Assembly: GCF_000181795.1 (NCBI RefSeq)
Contig: NW_003526941.1
Coordinates: forward strand, 8,046,583-8,104,485
Direction: 5' to 3'
DNA: 57,903 nucleotides
Source: Trichinella spiralis
Lineage: Eukaryota
Shown here: one piece after another, positions 26,881 to 40,594 of the stretch
Layout of the letters: every line of letters starts with the position of its first letter
Position numbering within the stretch: the stretch's first letter is position 1
Notes under the pieces: model-generated
Seen by the model: the letters and a program-made list of their open reading frames with translations, nothing else
Told to the model about the DNA's origin: nothing
The model's database searches: none
Position numbers and translations under genes: made by a program

Positions 26881-27263
26881 CTAGTAAATTGCAAATTTGC
26901 ACATCAGCATTGTTGTGCTTGCTTTTGCCGGTTGTGCGATGCGTTTGAGCGTGATGATTTTTTTTTCATTCTATTTGTGCATAAATAAAAAAAAACCCGA
27001 GAAACTAGCTTCATCTTTATTTGTACACGTTTGAATTTTTATATATTTTGGTTGGTTTTTTCGTGTTAATTCAAATTTTAATATTCATCATTTAAATTTA
27101 TCTTTTAGAAATTGAATTGGATGTGCAATAATATCATTTCGACCGTTTTATAATTTATTGTTAGCGTGCAGTCAGCGTTTACTGATCGTACTATAGCTGG
27201 ACGATATCATTCTGTCACTGTGTCAACACTTTGTGTCTGTGTGTAGGTGTGCAGTTAAGCATC

Positions 27264-29839
27264 ATGGAATCGAATGCTGGAAAGAACAAGATCTATACAC
27301 CGGTAATATTTCTGTTTCGAGCTTTTTAATCGAACCGCGTAAAACAGTCGACTCGTTTTCCGAGCAAACCAAAATCGCTTGCTTCACTTTCACTTCACTT
27401 GTCAGCTAATTTTTTGTTTTCATTTATTATTATTATTATTAATTTTTTGGTCTTTTGGTAAAGAAAAGTTTCTTCTACTGCACAATGTACAGAAATTTTT
27501 TCGGTTTTCCAGGACGTGTTTTATCACCAGTAAGAATTTTTGCATGAATTTCGTTTTCTTCAATTTATTCACTAATAACGAACGGTTTGTTATTTTTTTT
27601 TGATTAAAGGAATACAGTTTGTTTAAAGTTGACAAATTGATTTTTTTTTCAAATTTTCTCTTTCGATTGCAATAAACGAAAATAGTCAAATTAAATTATG
27701 AATTATGAAAGAATTTGATTGAAATTTGCATTTAGTCCGTTCCGTATGCCGCAGTGATACCGCAAGGTGTGGAAAAGAACAGGACGATCGTCGTGCAGGG
27801 TTTGGTTACCAGCTCTGGGCACAAGTGAGCAGTTTGGGTCGTCTTTGTTTCATTGCACAGACGCCTTTTGCCTTTTGGTTGTAGGCTTTTGTGTTGCTCA
27901 TCTGAGAAATGTTTTAGTCACTTTGCAGTGAATCTTTGCTGCGGTGTGAGAACTGAAGGAGATCATAGGGATGATATTGCTTTGCATATCGACGTGCGTT
28001 TTGGTTTGGAAAATATTGTAGTGCTTAATTCACTGATCCAGGATACTTGGGGAACGGAGGAACGACATCGAAATCCATGCAGGAGAGGACAACCTTTCAG
28101 AATTAAGATCACTGCATTCCAAGATAGATATCAGGTAAGGTGTAATGTTTTGTTCGCTTTTTAATTAACAATTGCTATTCGATGAATATTTCTTTTTTAA
28201 ATTTTTTTTGTTGGTATTTTCATTTTTAGATGGCCATGAATCAAGATTTGTTCATGGAATATTATCATCGAGTTCCTATAGAAAATATCAAAGTTTTACA
28301 AATCGAAGGCTGCGTCGTAGTCGACATCATTGAATACGCTTACAGTGAAGCGCACGTACGTTGACAATTGCCTCGTTTGTTTGTTTCTTTGCTTTATTTA
28401 TTTTTTTTTCATTTCGACACTGTCAACATGGTTACAGATATTAAACTTTAATTATTTTTGAATATTTTTTTGAGATTTATTGCAGTTTTTATTATTTTTA
28501 TAAATGAAATTTCAATCGAAACCAACTAATAGCTCACTTTGAGACAGACATTCATGTTGTTATTATTGTAATATATATGTATGTATATAATTTTTTTTCT
28601 TTTCATTTTTATCCGTCTTTTTCTTCTTCTTATTATCAACTAATGGATGAAGAATTATTTGATTGGGTCAACTTTGAAAATAATTCTGCGCCTGCAATTT
28701 GTCGCACACAACTGATTTTGCGCATCATGCAAATAATTGCCCATTCATTCATTGCATTGCTCTGAGATTAGACGTTTAATTTTTCCTAGAAACAACAAGG
28801 TATAATGAACTTTTTTTTCGTTTTTTATTGATTTCAGATTTACAAATTTTATTGGAAAAAAAGTATACTGTAAAAAATAATCTCTGCAACCTGCGCAATA
28901 TTTGTGGCGAAACTGCAGACAACAGTGTTTGCTTATTTCATTGAACTGACCAAATGAAAATTGTTTGGTTGTTCTCTTTGAAATGTTGTCTTATTGAAAA
29001 ATTGTTTATTGGATAAACAATTTTTTTTAATTTTAATAATAATAATATTGTATTTTGCATTTAATTTAGATTGTCAAAGATTACATTCTCAACCATATAG
29101 ACGAATATGCCTTAGCCCATCCAAAAGAAACGACTGTACTGTGCCCAGTAAGATATGCATATTTTAATATATCTTGATAATATTTTTAAAGAAATTTTTT
29201 TATTTTAAAATAATTTCAAATGAACTTAAATGCCACCTGTAATTGTTGATCATTTAAAGGATAATCAATGAAAATCACGTCAATTTAATGATTCTTTTTT
29301 CCTTTTAAGAAAGTGCCAGTTTCCGTTCCAATAAAATACAGCAAAGATCATTTTCCAGTAATATTCATCAATGCAAAAATGGTGAGGTTGCCGACTGCTT
29401 TTGAAATTGACTTTCTGGCTGGAGAGGACATTGCTTTACGTTCAAAGTTTAATTTTGATGATCAGGTACATTTGAAATTTTTGTAATAATATGTAAAAAA
29501 AATTCTACATGCTGCAATGGTAATTTTGCAGATTATTGTGCGCAATGCAAGAGTGAATGGAAAATGGGGAGTTGAAGAGCAACGTTCTTATTGTTTTCCA
29601 TTTGTACCCCAGTATCATGAAGATTTCGAAATCACTTGTGATGAGAAACGTTTTGCGGTTTCAATTTTAAAATTAAAATTTTTTTTTCTGCCATTCAGTA
29701 ATTTTTTATTATTATTTCATTTCAGGTACGAGCTGGTGATTTGCATTTGTATTCATTTTTGCATCGTATTGAACCGTACTTAATCGACACCATGCGCATC
29801 AGTGGAGATGTGAAAATTATCAAAATACGTATCAAGTGA
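27264..29839 (+). CDS. Tandem-repeat galectin (two CRDs)
   Basis: CRD1: PSVPY, FAVNL, DIALHIDVRF, VVLNS...WGTEER, PFRIKI, YYHRVP. CRD2: PKVPV, FEIDF..GEDIAL, IVRNA..NGKWGVEEQ, FPF, FLHRI...ISGDVKI. Confidence 0.92.
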
Positions 29840-30050
29840 TGATAATTGGTTTCAAAATTCTATTCCACAAAGTCTGCATGTCTCAGCTTTTTGCATGTCT
29901 CATTTCGTGAACATTTTCATATTTTTATCATTCATGATAATAATACTTGTAGATGACTAGCTTTTGGAAAAGAACAATATTAACATGATTAATTGAATGA
30001 AATAATTTATTGATTTTTTTCAGAAGAAAATTCACGTTTTAAATTTTTCA

Positions 30051-31615
30051 TCATTTCTCCTGTTCCACTTCTTCCCGTGGCTTTTGTTGAACATTGTTCA
30101 AATATTGTTGTAGAACCTAAAATAAAAGCACAACAAACAAACAAACGAAAATTGGAATTGTGCATTAGAATATTATTTTTCTACTTCATTTGCTTTTGTC
30201 CATTTTTCAGCCGTCATCCAAAGTCTCAACTGCGTTCGTGGATCGTTCACTTCTTCGCCGAATTCCATTTGCCTGTACAAAGACAACTTGTTCAAATTGG
30301 ATGTGGAAAATATTTTCAAAAAGTTGAAATAAACAAAAAAAAAGTTTACTAAATTACGAGCAACATTTGGCAGCTTTATCATAGCGAAATGTGCAGCCGG
30401 ATTTGTCGGCATACTCGGGAGATATGGCGACGTTCAGTACAACGTTAGCCGCTTTGTCGACCGATTGCAAACCCAACTTTCTGGCAGGCCATGATACCAG
30501 TCGTACAAATTTGCTTTTCACATGGCGGCCAATTGCCGTTTCCGTGTATCCAGGAAAAACATCATTCACCGTTACATCTGAATCTGAAACAAGACCACAC
30601 CTTCTTCACGAGAATACATGCTGCTCGGCCAGGGTTTCAAGACTTACTTTGAAGACGTTTGGCCAGTTCTCGTGTCCAAATCACCGAAGCTAATTTACTC
30701 CTTTCGTATGCTTCTTTTCTTGAACACTGTTCAGCGTTGAAATCGTCGAAATTTATTTCTGCCCTCAAAGTGGAATAATTATTAGGTTTATCAAGCCACC
30801 GATTCGAACTGGTGCTGTGAATTGATGAACAACAAACCTTTTGCAGGACGCATCGGTGAGATTAATTATTCGACTCGGTGCTGATGATTTCAATTTGTCA
30901 AGCAACAGTAACGTCAATAAAAATGGTCCTGAACAAAAATATATTTAAATTTCCAAATACAACATGTACAAATTAGCTAACCAAGAAAATTCACGCTGAT
31001 GTGAGGTTCGAAACCGTCGACTGTCGGCAATGGCACCGCGTACATAACGGCAGCGTTGTTGATAAGCAAATTGACTTTCGATTCTTCTACAATTTTGAAT
31101 ATGAATTGAAATGAAAATTTTCAAAAATTTCCACCATTGAACCTCGATTGATCATTTCGGCAAATTCGGCTACGCTTTTCAACGACGCGAGATCGCAGTG
31201 TCGACAAACGACACGCTTGTTGCGCGTCTGCAAAATGATGTTTCGTCTTTCTTCTTTGCATTTTTCCATATCCCGGCAAGCCATGATCACACGAGCGCCC
31301 AAAACAGTTGAACAAATTAACAAAAAGCAATTATGCAAATCGTACATACCAGCTTCGGCCAGCTTTTTGGCCGTCGCTTGACCAATACCCGACGTGCTGC
31401 CGGTAACTATTGCTGTAACGTTGTCCAATTTGCGATCAATTTTGTACTTGCAAGCACTGTATTCTCTGAAAAGAATCTCATATTAGCCCAATACAGGCGA
31501 ATTAATTATTTCTCGTATAATTTTACTTGTAATACATACCACCACCAATGAGAACCGTTGCGGCGCATGAAGTAAGGAAAAAAGGACCTCGAAGAAGATG
31601 ACGACCAAAACTCAT
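30051..31615 (-). CDS. Retinol dehydrogenase 12/13-like short-chain dehydrogenase/reductase
   Basis: Motifs AIVTGSTSGIG, GARVIMACRDMEKC, CDLASLKSV, LLINNAAV, VNFLGPFLLT.LLLDKLKSSAPSRIIN, catalytic YERSK, PGYTET and RLW..AEKW. Confidence 0.92.
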
Positions 31616-32334
31616 GCTGCACAACCTTCTGTAGTAATATTGTCAATGAAGTAATATTTACAGTTGGCATTTGGAAAGATAATGAAAACTGAACTGAACA
31701 GGAAAAAAATAACTTTACAAATTTAAAATCAGAAAGAACATTTTTCACGCATAAAGTGATACAAAAAAAATCAACCAATTATCACGTATAGACAACAGAA
31801 ACATCTATACTTGAATTTTCTGTTGCATTAGTTAAAATTAAAAATAAATATTACATCTTCACTTGAAAATTTTCACTACATCAAAAAAGTATTAAATTGT
31901 CATATTCATTCATGCATACAGTGATTAGTATAACTCAAGTACAAATTAAAAGATTCAAGGTGTTTATTTCAAACAATTTGCTCAAAAAAATTATGCTGTT
32001 CAATTCAAATTTCAAAATATATTTCACAATATCATCAAATATAATTTGCACATTTATCAGTGTTTTTATTAGCTTAGGGGTCATTTTAGTAGAAATAAAA
32101 ATTCTGCGTGTTCAGTGATTGGTTTAAGCGTTGATTGGTTAGTTTTAAGTTTAAACAATTATAATGTTCAGCATTGTTTAAATGAAAAGTTTTAAAGTGA
32201 ATATTTATTTAACATTTGTTAATCAGTTCGATCAGTTTGTTTGTTGCGTGCTCAGCTAGAGAACACAGGCCAATTTCGATCCGAGTGTTAAAAGTCAAGT
32301 TTTGTTTCAATTGGAATTTCGTTTATGCGAGAAA

Positions 32335-33095
32335 ATGGATGACGATAAAAATTATGAATGTTTGAAATTCACCATTAATGTAGTGAATCGCCGATGTGGT
32401 TTGGGATTGAAGAACTGCAATGGAAAAGTTGTTGTATCCAAGTTGATGGAAGATTCAGCGTCGGCCGACAAACTCAAAGTTGGCGACATCCTCCTGAGCA
32501 TAAATGGGGAAACGTTTAAAAATAAAGCCGAATGCCGGAGATTGATACTGAAGACAAATAAGGTTTTCGATATTGAAATCAAGCGCAAGAAAGAAGTGCA
32601 AACTGGAACACCGCTCCACGTGCCGATGGATTTACTGAATCTCATCGACACGTCATCATTGTCCTTTACGGCCGTGGAGTTGGACCAGTTGGTATGAGTT
32701 ATCTTTTTCCCCCCAAAGTTATGCTAATTTAATTTTTACATATTCTTTTAGCAAGATGATCAATCTCCAAAGCAACAAGTACCACGTAAGTGCTTTTCTG
32801 AATATGAAAAAATAATACTTTCATTTATTCAATTTCCCTACAATCATAATTTATTTAAATTTCAGCAGAAGTTGAACAGAAGGAAGTAGAATTGAAACCG
32901 AATTGGGATAATTTACCAAGCGATATCCAGAACATCTTGAAAAATAGGCTTCATCAATTTGAAATGGAAATGGAGCAAAAGGCGGAAAGTCCTGAAACTG
33001 CTCAGCCAGTTCCAAATTCAGAAAATAAAGTAACCCTCAACAAGCATGTCACCACTTACAGCATAAAGAGTGATGTTAAGAAAAAATTTTTTTAA
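32335..33095 (+). CDS. Small single-PDZ-domain protein, 3 exons
   Basis: GLGL carboxylate loop, VVVSKLMEDSASADKLKVGDILLSING. The tail (LPSDIQNIL...IKSDV) resembles nematode PDZ proteins. Confidence 0.78.
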
Positions 33096-35582
33096 ATCGA
33101 ACTGCAATTAACAATAAGCTGTCTGATATTTATATGAAATTTCAATATATTTTTTTGTATAATAAATCATCTTAAATTTAAACTTTGTTTTCATTTCAAT
33201 GATAAAACTGGATTAAATTTTGTGAAGTGATTGATGAGAAGGTGAAAGACTGATTTACAGTTTTGCATACTGTAACGGGGAACATAATTAACTCTCCAGT
33301 GGCGCTTCAAAAATGGCGTGGTGAAATTGAAACAAAATGAATAAATTGACGTTCCACTTTGAAAATTATGCGTCAGACGGTATAATTGCTGACAAGCCAT
33401 GCGAAAATAGTCATTGAGACAAATTTCGTCCACTGATTTGAAATGAATTTTATATTCTGAAATTGTGTGCGTATTTGCCATGCACAAGATGAATGAGAAA
33501 AGAAATTACATTTTCCAAGAGTGTACTGTAGTGATTTTGAATCAACGAGTGAATGTCTGCATTATTTAAATTTCTGCGATAGAAGTGATTATTATCGAAT
33601 TAATCAAATGAAGCGGTAATAACAGCGGCATGATTTGAACGCCATCCAACCGATTATTGAAATTAACCTCTCCAATCAGACCATTCTGCTCACTCTGCAG
33701 CATTACAACAAAGCTGCCGGTCCATAGTGGAGGTATGTTTCAATTTTTTTGCTGATATTTTGAAAATAGTTTGATTTTGTTTGTAAATTTGTTTAAAAGA
33801 AAATTCTTTTGAATTGTTACCCAACAGAAAATCAGTGTGAAAATTGTGTAGGACTTTTTCGAAAATTTTAATTACAATTACATCAGCTTTACATATGTAT
33901 GTTTATCTGTTTATGAAAGTGAATTTTAATAGAATAGAATTGCATCGAGAAAAGCAGGCAGTATTTTAATGGCTGTTGCTTTGTTTATTTATTTGATTTT
34001 CTGATCCATTAATCGGTTAATAAACAGTAGTCTCTGCTCAGTTGTATGAAAGCGCTTTATTGAATATAATTGAACGTGAGCTTGTTGAGAAAGACAACCG
34101 AGCAATTTTTTCCAACAAATTTAGGTAAAAGTTTCCCATAACTTACAATTTATTGCAGTTATGTGAATGTGGAAATTAATTACAATTAAAAACTGCTGAT
34201 GAAATTAATTATACAAGTATTAGATCAGTTTGCATTGTAAAACTACGTATCAAATGAATATTCGTTTAGAATAAGCATTTCCTGTTAATTGATAATTTTA
34301 ATTAAATAATTATATTTTTAAACTTCTTAATGTTGTTTTCGATCACTTTAATTTAAAAAATATTTTTCTTTGGTTGACAATTCTAAGTTGGCGTTCAACT
34401 GTAATTTGTGACAATCAAGCTTGTTGAAAATAATTGAAATTGATTTTTTTAAAAATGATGTAATATATTTTTCAAAAGTCATAAATTTATTTGTTTCTTT
34501 TTTAAATTATTTTCCTATAGTGAGTTTGATTTTTTAGACAGATTTTGTATGCGTAAATTGTGAATTTTAATTCACGAACTGTATTTCTTATTTTATTAGT
34601 AAAGTTGATATTCTTCATCGATCATAATTGATATTCTTGAATAACAAGTGTTTATTCTTTGTTTGTTGGTATTGTTGTTGGTTGTATTTTCTGATTGATT
34701 ATTATTGCAATATTTTTCTAAAATTATGTGATGTCTTCTTGTATAACTGTATTCAATGAATTTTATAAATAAGCATTATCGAACAGTCTATTGTTTCACT
34801 TGATATATGTGTCGTAGTGATTATTCTCATTGTGCTTGCATAGGTCGTCGTGGTTGTTTATCAATTCTGCTATAGAACTATGGCTTTATTAAATCTCATG
34901 ACGTGATTTATATTTGTTTCAAGTAATACGCATGAAATGAAAAAGCATCAAATAAAAGATTCCTGAAATGCAGGATGAATAATCGCTTCCGTGTTATTAT
35001 AAATTCGCTTTGGGTGAATTTTAATTTATCATTATTTTTACTTATTTCGAGAACTTTACAAATGTGTATAGTTTATTTTATTTTAAAAAGAGTACAATTA
35101 CTGATTGAGTAAGTGAAAATCAATTGACGAGTGTATCAGTGGTAAAAGAATGAAATGAAGTAAACTGTGACAGTTGTGAAGTTATTTATTTATTTATTTA
35201 CATTATATCGTATTTTATTTGTAGTTTTAGTTATATTGATTACGCGATGTCATGATGTGCCCAGGTGGCGGAAAAAAGCATCGATCTTGTGGTTCTATTT
35301 TGACGTCAACAGCGCCGCCTAGCGCATAAGATTCGCTTTTCTATTTTACCGGCCGGCTCTATTTAGTTTTCTTTGAAAGCGTCGATGAAAGAAGAAGCAC
35401 TCTTCGGGCTAGTTTTTCTCGTGGCTTAAATTGAATTGTAAGATATTGAACTGGTGAAACATTGAAATATTGAAAATTGTTGCATTTCTGTTTTTTTCAT
35501 AGATAATTATTATTTCATTTTTCATAATTTATAAGAAGGAGATATTTGCTATTTTCTGGATATAAGAGTGAGAAGAAAGAAG

Positions 35583-36481
35583 ATGGGTTTGGAATTCATG
35601 GCCAGCTATCACCGGGCCGGAGCAGGATCAGTCAGAGAGCAGATATGGATTCGTCTGTATCCGATTCGTATGCTGTTGCTTTTTGTTTTCTTCATCGTCT
35701 ATTTGGCTATTGGGGCGGCAATTTTTGTCGTCGTCGAAGCACCCTATGAACGCAATGAAATACGCAAATTGGTACGTCTGGTCGACAATTTCATAAATTC
35801 CCATAAAACGTGTTTAATAAGTAAGTTATGATTTTTTATTATTATTATTTTTTCTAGTTTTTTATTCATCACTTTCCTCTAAATATTATACTATTAAGAG
35901 ATTGACAATTGAACATTGAAATAATTGTTCAGTGTTAAATTACTTAATTTTTTCGTGTGCAAAAAGAAAGTTGAGTTAATTGAATTATTTATTTCTGATT
36001 TATCATTCTAGTGTTGTCGAGAGTAGACAGTTCTTTCTCTCCATTATTAATTGTATATATTGTTGTTGTGTGAATGAATTAAATTAAATTAAATTAGTTA
36101 AATCGATGTTAAAATATTGTATTCTTTGTATCTGTTTTGAATTCAAAGGGAAATATGTGAAATTGTGAAGCTGGTGGAGGAGGGAGAGAAAAGCTGCCTG
36201 TGCCTTCTCTATTTTAAAATGCAGTCTCAGTTGACGTTCTTCAATTGCTTTTTCTTTCAATAGCCGTGAGTAAAAGTGAAATTGGACGTCAGCTGCGGAG
36301 AGTGATTTAGTCAGACGAGGGAAAAAATATAGTCAAATAAAAATTCCCATCTTCTCATTTTGCGTTTTATTCATCTTCTGCCCCTCTTCGAGAAGTTGTC
36401 TTTATCGACTTTATAGCTTCTGCTTTATGCTACCGGTGTAACGAAAAAATAACCACTTTCACTTTTACTGAAACAATAATC

Positions 36482-36544
<63 letters not shown>

Positions 36545-37529
36545 AGTTTATTTGAATAGATGCAACCCAGTGCGCCCACATTTTTTTCTTGTTTACATTG
36601 TCTTATCACATTACAGTCCAAGTTTCAAATGCTGATCATTATTTATTTATTATAATTTTCTAAAATAAATATTAGCAGTTGCTAAGCAGAAAAATATTTT
36701 ATTCCTTTTCATGCTACATTTAATGCTTAATTGTCATAATTGATCTATTTTGTGATTGTCAAACGGTTCTTATTTTTAGAACTTGTCACTTTTTTTAATA
36801 ATTATTATTGTTGGCAAAAATTGTTCTTCACATGTTCGTATACATTTCTACCCGTTTCTTTTGACAACGTCAATATTTCATATTTGCATATTGTACAATA
36901 GTAGAACACACGCATATTCCTTGACAAATAGTCAGCAGCAAAAATGTTTTTGATTTGTAAATATTATTGCTAATGGTAAATTTTATTTGTGTTTTATTTG
37001 CAGATTTTTTTGTTAAAATTAAAATAGTTATGTAATGTGTGAATTTTGAAGGTACTTTTCAGAATGATTATGCAACGTTAATTAATTATTTGAAAAAAAT
37101 AGGAAGAGAGAAGGTTTTATTTTTGGTTTTTAATATAAAGAAAAGAATTTGTTTTTATAGTATTTGCATAAGGTTGTATCGTTTTATTCGTTTCAACAAT
37201 GCACATTTTGGATTGTAGATGATGATTAAATAATTAATATAAGGGTATTTTGTGTATAATTTGCGATCAGGTATATTTTTAGTTGTTTAATTATTATGAT
37301 TTAATTGTAAATTGGAATTGTTTGTGAAGGTTTTTGCAAATTGATCTTTTGAATTGGAAAGGGTTTTCTTAGATTTGCTCTAAAATTATTTGCTAACAGA
37401 CAGTGAGCGAACGTCGTAGGAGGAGTTGAGTGAGTGAGTCAGTTAGTCAGGCTTTGTCCCGGTGGCGATACTTCTTGTTAGAGGAGAAGAAGCGGCAGTT
37501 GGTACAAATCAATAGTCTTTACGACCGGC

Positions 37530-37600
<71 letters not shown>

Positions 37601-39451
37601 TATATGTATATGTATATGGTGCCGCCGCGTTTTCGTATCATTTGCTGCGATGCAATCATTTGTGGACTTGTCGAAGTGGAAAGAGATAAATAGCAGCAGC
37701 ACTATGGATATCGTCCAATTGACTAATTCAAGTCTTTTCTATTTCGATCAACAGCAAACAATATGCAGTGCTTAAGATTTTTCCCCAAACATTTACCACA
37801 ATGCGCGGGCATCTGGAGAATCAACAGCAACCGTCCAAGGGTGAAGCGAGAATGCTTCAATAATAATTATAATAATAGAACATTGTTATTATTCAAAATA
37901 TTGCTCGCGTGTGCTTTGAACAGTTGATGATCAGCAACAACAACAACAACAGTTATCATTTAGCATTAAGAATCCGATGTTTATCAGCTTTTATAATATA
38001 TGTAAATTGGCAAAATAATCTTTGATTTTTCTTCACTCTTAGCAGCACGCAAATTCATTTCATTTATTCATTTGTGATCACGCCATATCATCATTATGAT
38101 TTTTTTAAATCATTTTATTTGAAACCAAATTACTACAATTACCAAGATTATAGATGAAATGTTGTTATGAAACTGCATTATTATTTTTCTTTTTAATGTT
38201 CATAATTCTCCAGTTTTGTGTATTGGAAAAATCTTCTCTACACGTGACAATATTATTATATTCTTATTGACAATATAGATTTATTTATTACAATCAGATA
38301 TGTTATTAATGAAGCGACGATTTTATTTATGATAATAAATTGCAATTGATTATTTTCTTATACATAGTACTTTCTTCACATTAGCGTAATAGCAGTTGAA
38401 AAAATAGCAAAAAAGAATTTTTTTGCTTAAAATTCACTTCCATTTAATAATTCAGTTATTTTTTAGAATCTGAATTTCTTGAACTGCTATCTTCAGTATC
38501 ATCCGCAGCTGAGCGAGGTGTTTCTGTGGAGTTGAATGGTACAATGGAGTCGAATTGGAACTTCGGTCAATCGTTCTTCTTTTGTGGAACATTAGTTAGC
38601 ACTGTTGGTATTGAATAGAAGAAAAAACATTTAAAAAAATTATTATCATAATTTTTAAAATTACAATTAGGTTATGGACGTATTTCACCGGTCACGTCAA
38701 CAGGCAAAGCGTTTACAATAATTTATTGTATTTTTGGCATTCCGTTATTTCTTGTCCTTTTGTCCGCTTTTGTGGATCGCATTCGACTTCCCGCCAACTG
38801 GCTTTTGGAGAAGTTGACCATTCGATTTGGACATCTTTATCATGAATCTCAAATTCGCCTATTTCATCTTGCGATGATCACGTTGCTTATTCTGATGTCA
38901 CTTTTCGTTTTGCCTGCGGCCGTATTTCAATCGATCGAAGACAATTGGACATATTTGGATGCTTTTTATTATTGTTTCGTTTCATTAACCACAATTGGCT
39001 TGGGTGATTATATTCCCGGTGATAAGCCGAATCAAAAATTCAGAGAAATTTACAAAATAATGACAACAGGTATTATTCAGTTGTTTTTATTCATTTTAAT
39101 CAAAGTAATTATATAGTTTTAAGTATCGATTCAATTTTTTAAGGTTATTTGATTATTGGTTTATTGGGTATGATGCTTTTCCTTTCTGTTGTTTATGAAG
39201 TTCCAGAATTGAATGTTAGTCGATTTCTGATTAGCGACACTGCCGATTTAGCTGAAAAAGAACGACTCAGAGCTTTGGTAAGGAAATATATTATCCTTTT
39301 TGTATGCAAATTTAATTGCATATTAGTAAAATTTTAGAATTCAATGGAACCAAGCTATACTCGGCATTTGGATGAAAGTGACACTAGTCAACTGACTCCT
39401 GATCAACCAGGCTACACAAATCCTATGCCTGATTATGAATATGGATATTAA
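35583..39451 (+). CDS. Two-pore-domain (K2P/TWiK) potassium channel, TWIK-1/2 (twk-46)-like
   Basis: TM1 YLAIGAAIFVVVEAPYE, cap Cys (KTCL), P1 NWNFGQSFFFCGTLVSTVGYG, P2 WTYLDAFYYCFVSLTTIGLGDYIPG, TM4 YLIIGLLGMML. Intron 1 is ~2.6 kb. Confidence 0.93.
36482..36543. repeat. Compound (TAT)n(TGT)n microsatellite
   Basis: TAT run directly followed by a TGT run in K2P intron 1. Confidence 0.9.
37535..37597. repeat. (TA)n microsatellite
   Basis: ~63-nt uninterrupted TA run in K2P intron 1. Confidence 0.95.
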
Positions 39452-39832
39452 TATTTACATTTAAAGAAGCTTTCTTTTTTTAGCACTTTTTTTAATTTTT
39501 GTCAATTCAATTTCAAATCTTTGGAAGCTACTATTCTTCTTCTGCTTTTTTGTTACTGCTATTACGGCACAGGAGAACCATCCGTTATGAAAATTTGCCT
39601 CCAGCTTTTCTGTCCAGTGAATAATAAAGCAAAATTTCTTTGAAAATTTGCAAATTGCATTTTTGATCTGGTAAGACTACTGAAATATTAATTTGTTAAG
39701 TAAGTTTGTTGTTGTTTTTCTATTATTCAGGAATAATTTTTATGATAAAAACAAAAAGATATTAATAAGTATGTTTTATTCCAATGTTAATTTTATATGG
39801 TGTGAATTATCTTCTATTATCTTCAATTCACT

Positions 39833-40594
39833 TTAGCCAATAGGCCTCAGTGGCCGTGGTCTAAACGGAGGTGGAGGCCTGTAATATAAGTTGAGCATTC
39901 TTTGACACTGAAGCAGGTCTTCACGTCGTCTTCCAGATACTTTAGCATCCTTTAACAGAATTTTTTAATGACAGACATTTCCTCTTGTTAATTGTTTTCA
40001 TTTTTACAAATTCAAAAATCAACATTGCACCACTAAATGCCAACTGACTATCTAATGCACCTGAATAATTAATTGCATATACTGATATGATATGCAATAA
40101 AAGGGGGAGACTATTTTTTTTGATGAACTACTCAATCTGAAATATTTCGTGAAAAGGAAATTTGTGCTACGTACTTTTTTAATTTTTCTGACCACTTTTA
40201 GATAATCTTTTCTTAATGATGGTGGATTGATGTTTGAATTGCGAATCCATTTCAATTGCTGATCAGCTACATCAGACAGTACTTGACAAGCATTTTTTGG
40301 ATTGTAATGGTAATTCAGCGGGCTCACATTGCCATGTAAAGCTGCAATTCCTCTCGTGATAATATCTGTAAATAAATTAGAGATTAAATTAAATTAAAAT
40401 TTTTACTTATTTTTAAACTATAGTAATATTTTATTTGGTTTTTCAATTGCAACTAAGTATGCAGTGTATATTTATTTATATTGAATTTGTAACAATGATA
40501 GAAATGATTAAATACCGAAATCATAGGGTGTAAAAAGAATCGATTCAGTTAGCCACGCAAAAAGTAAGAGCAGAAAAACAGTTGCTTTCGACAT
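39833..40594 (-). CDS. Putative secreted orphan protein
   Basis: Exon 1 (40594-40516, MSKATVFLLLLFAWLTESILFTPYDF) is signal-peptide-like. It splices GT-AG in frame to 40365 and the 40052-40327 ORF. A TATAAA lies upstream and an AATAAA at 39780-39775. The 3' exons are uncertain. Confidence 0.55.

Noticed and set aside
33191..33487. 98-aa minus-strand ORF downstream of the PDZ gene
   Set aside because: No recognisable motif and no supporting splice structure.
37430..37702. ORFs containing (YI)n runs
   Set aside because: Artefacts of the (TA)n microsatellite.
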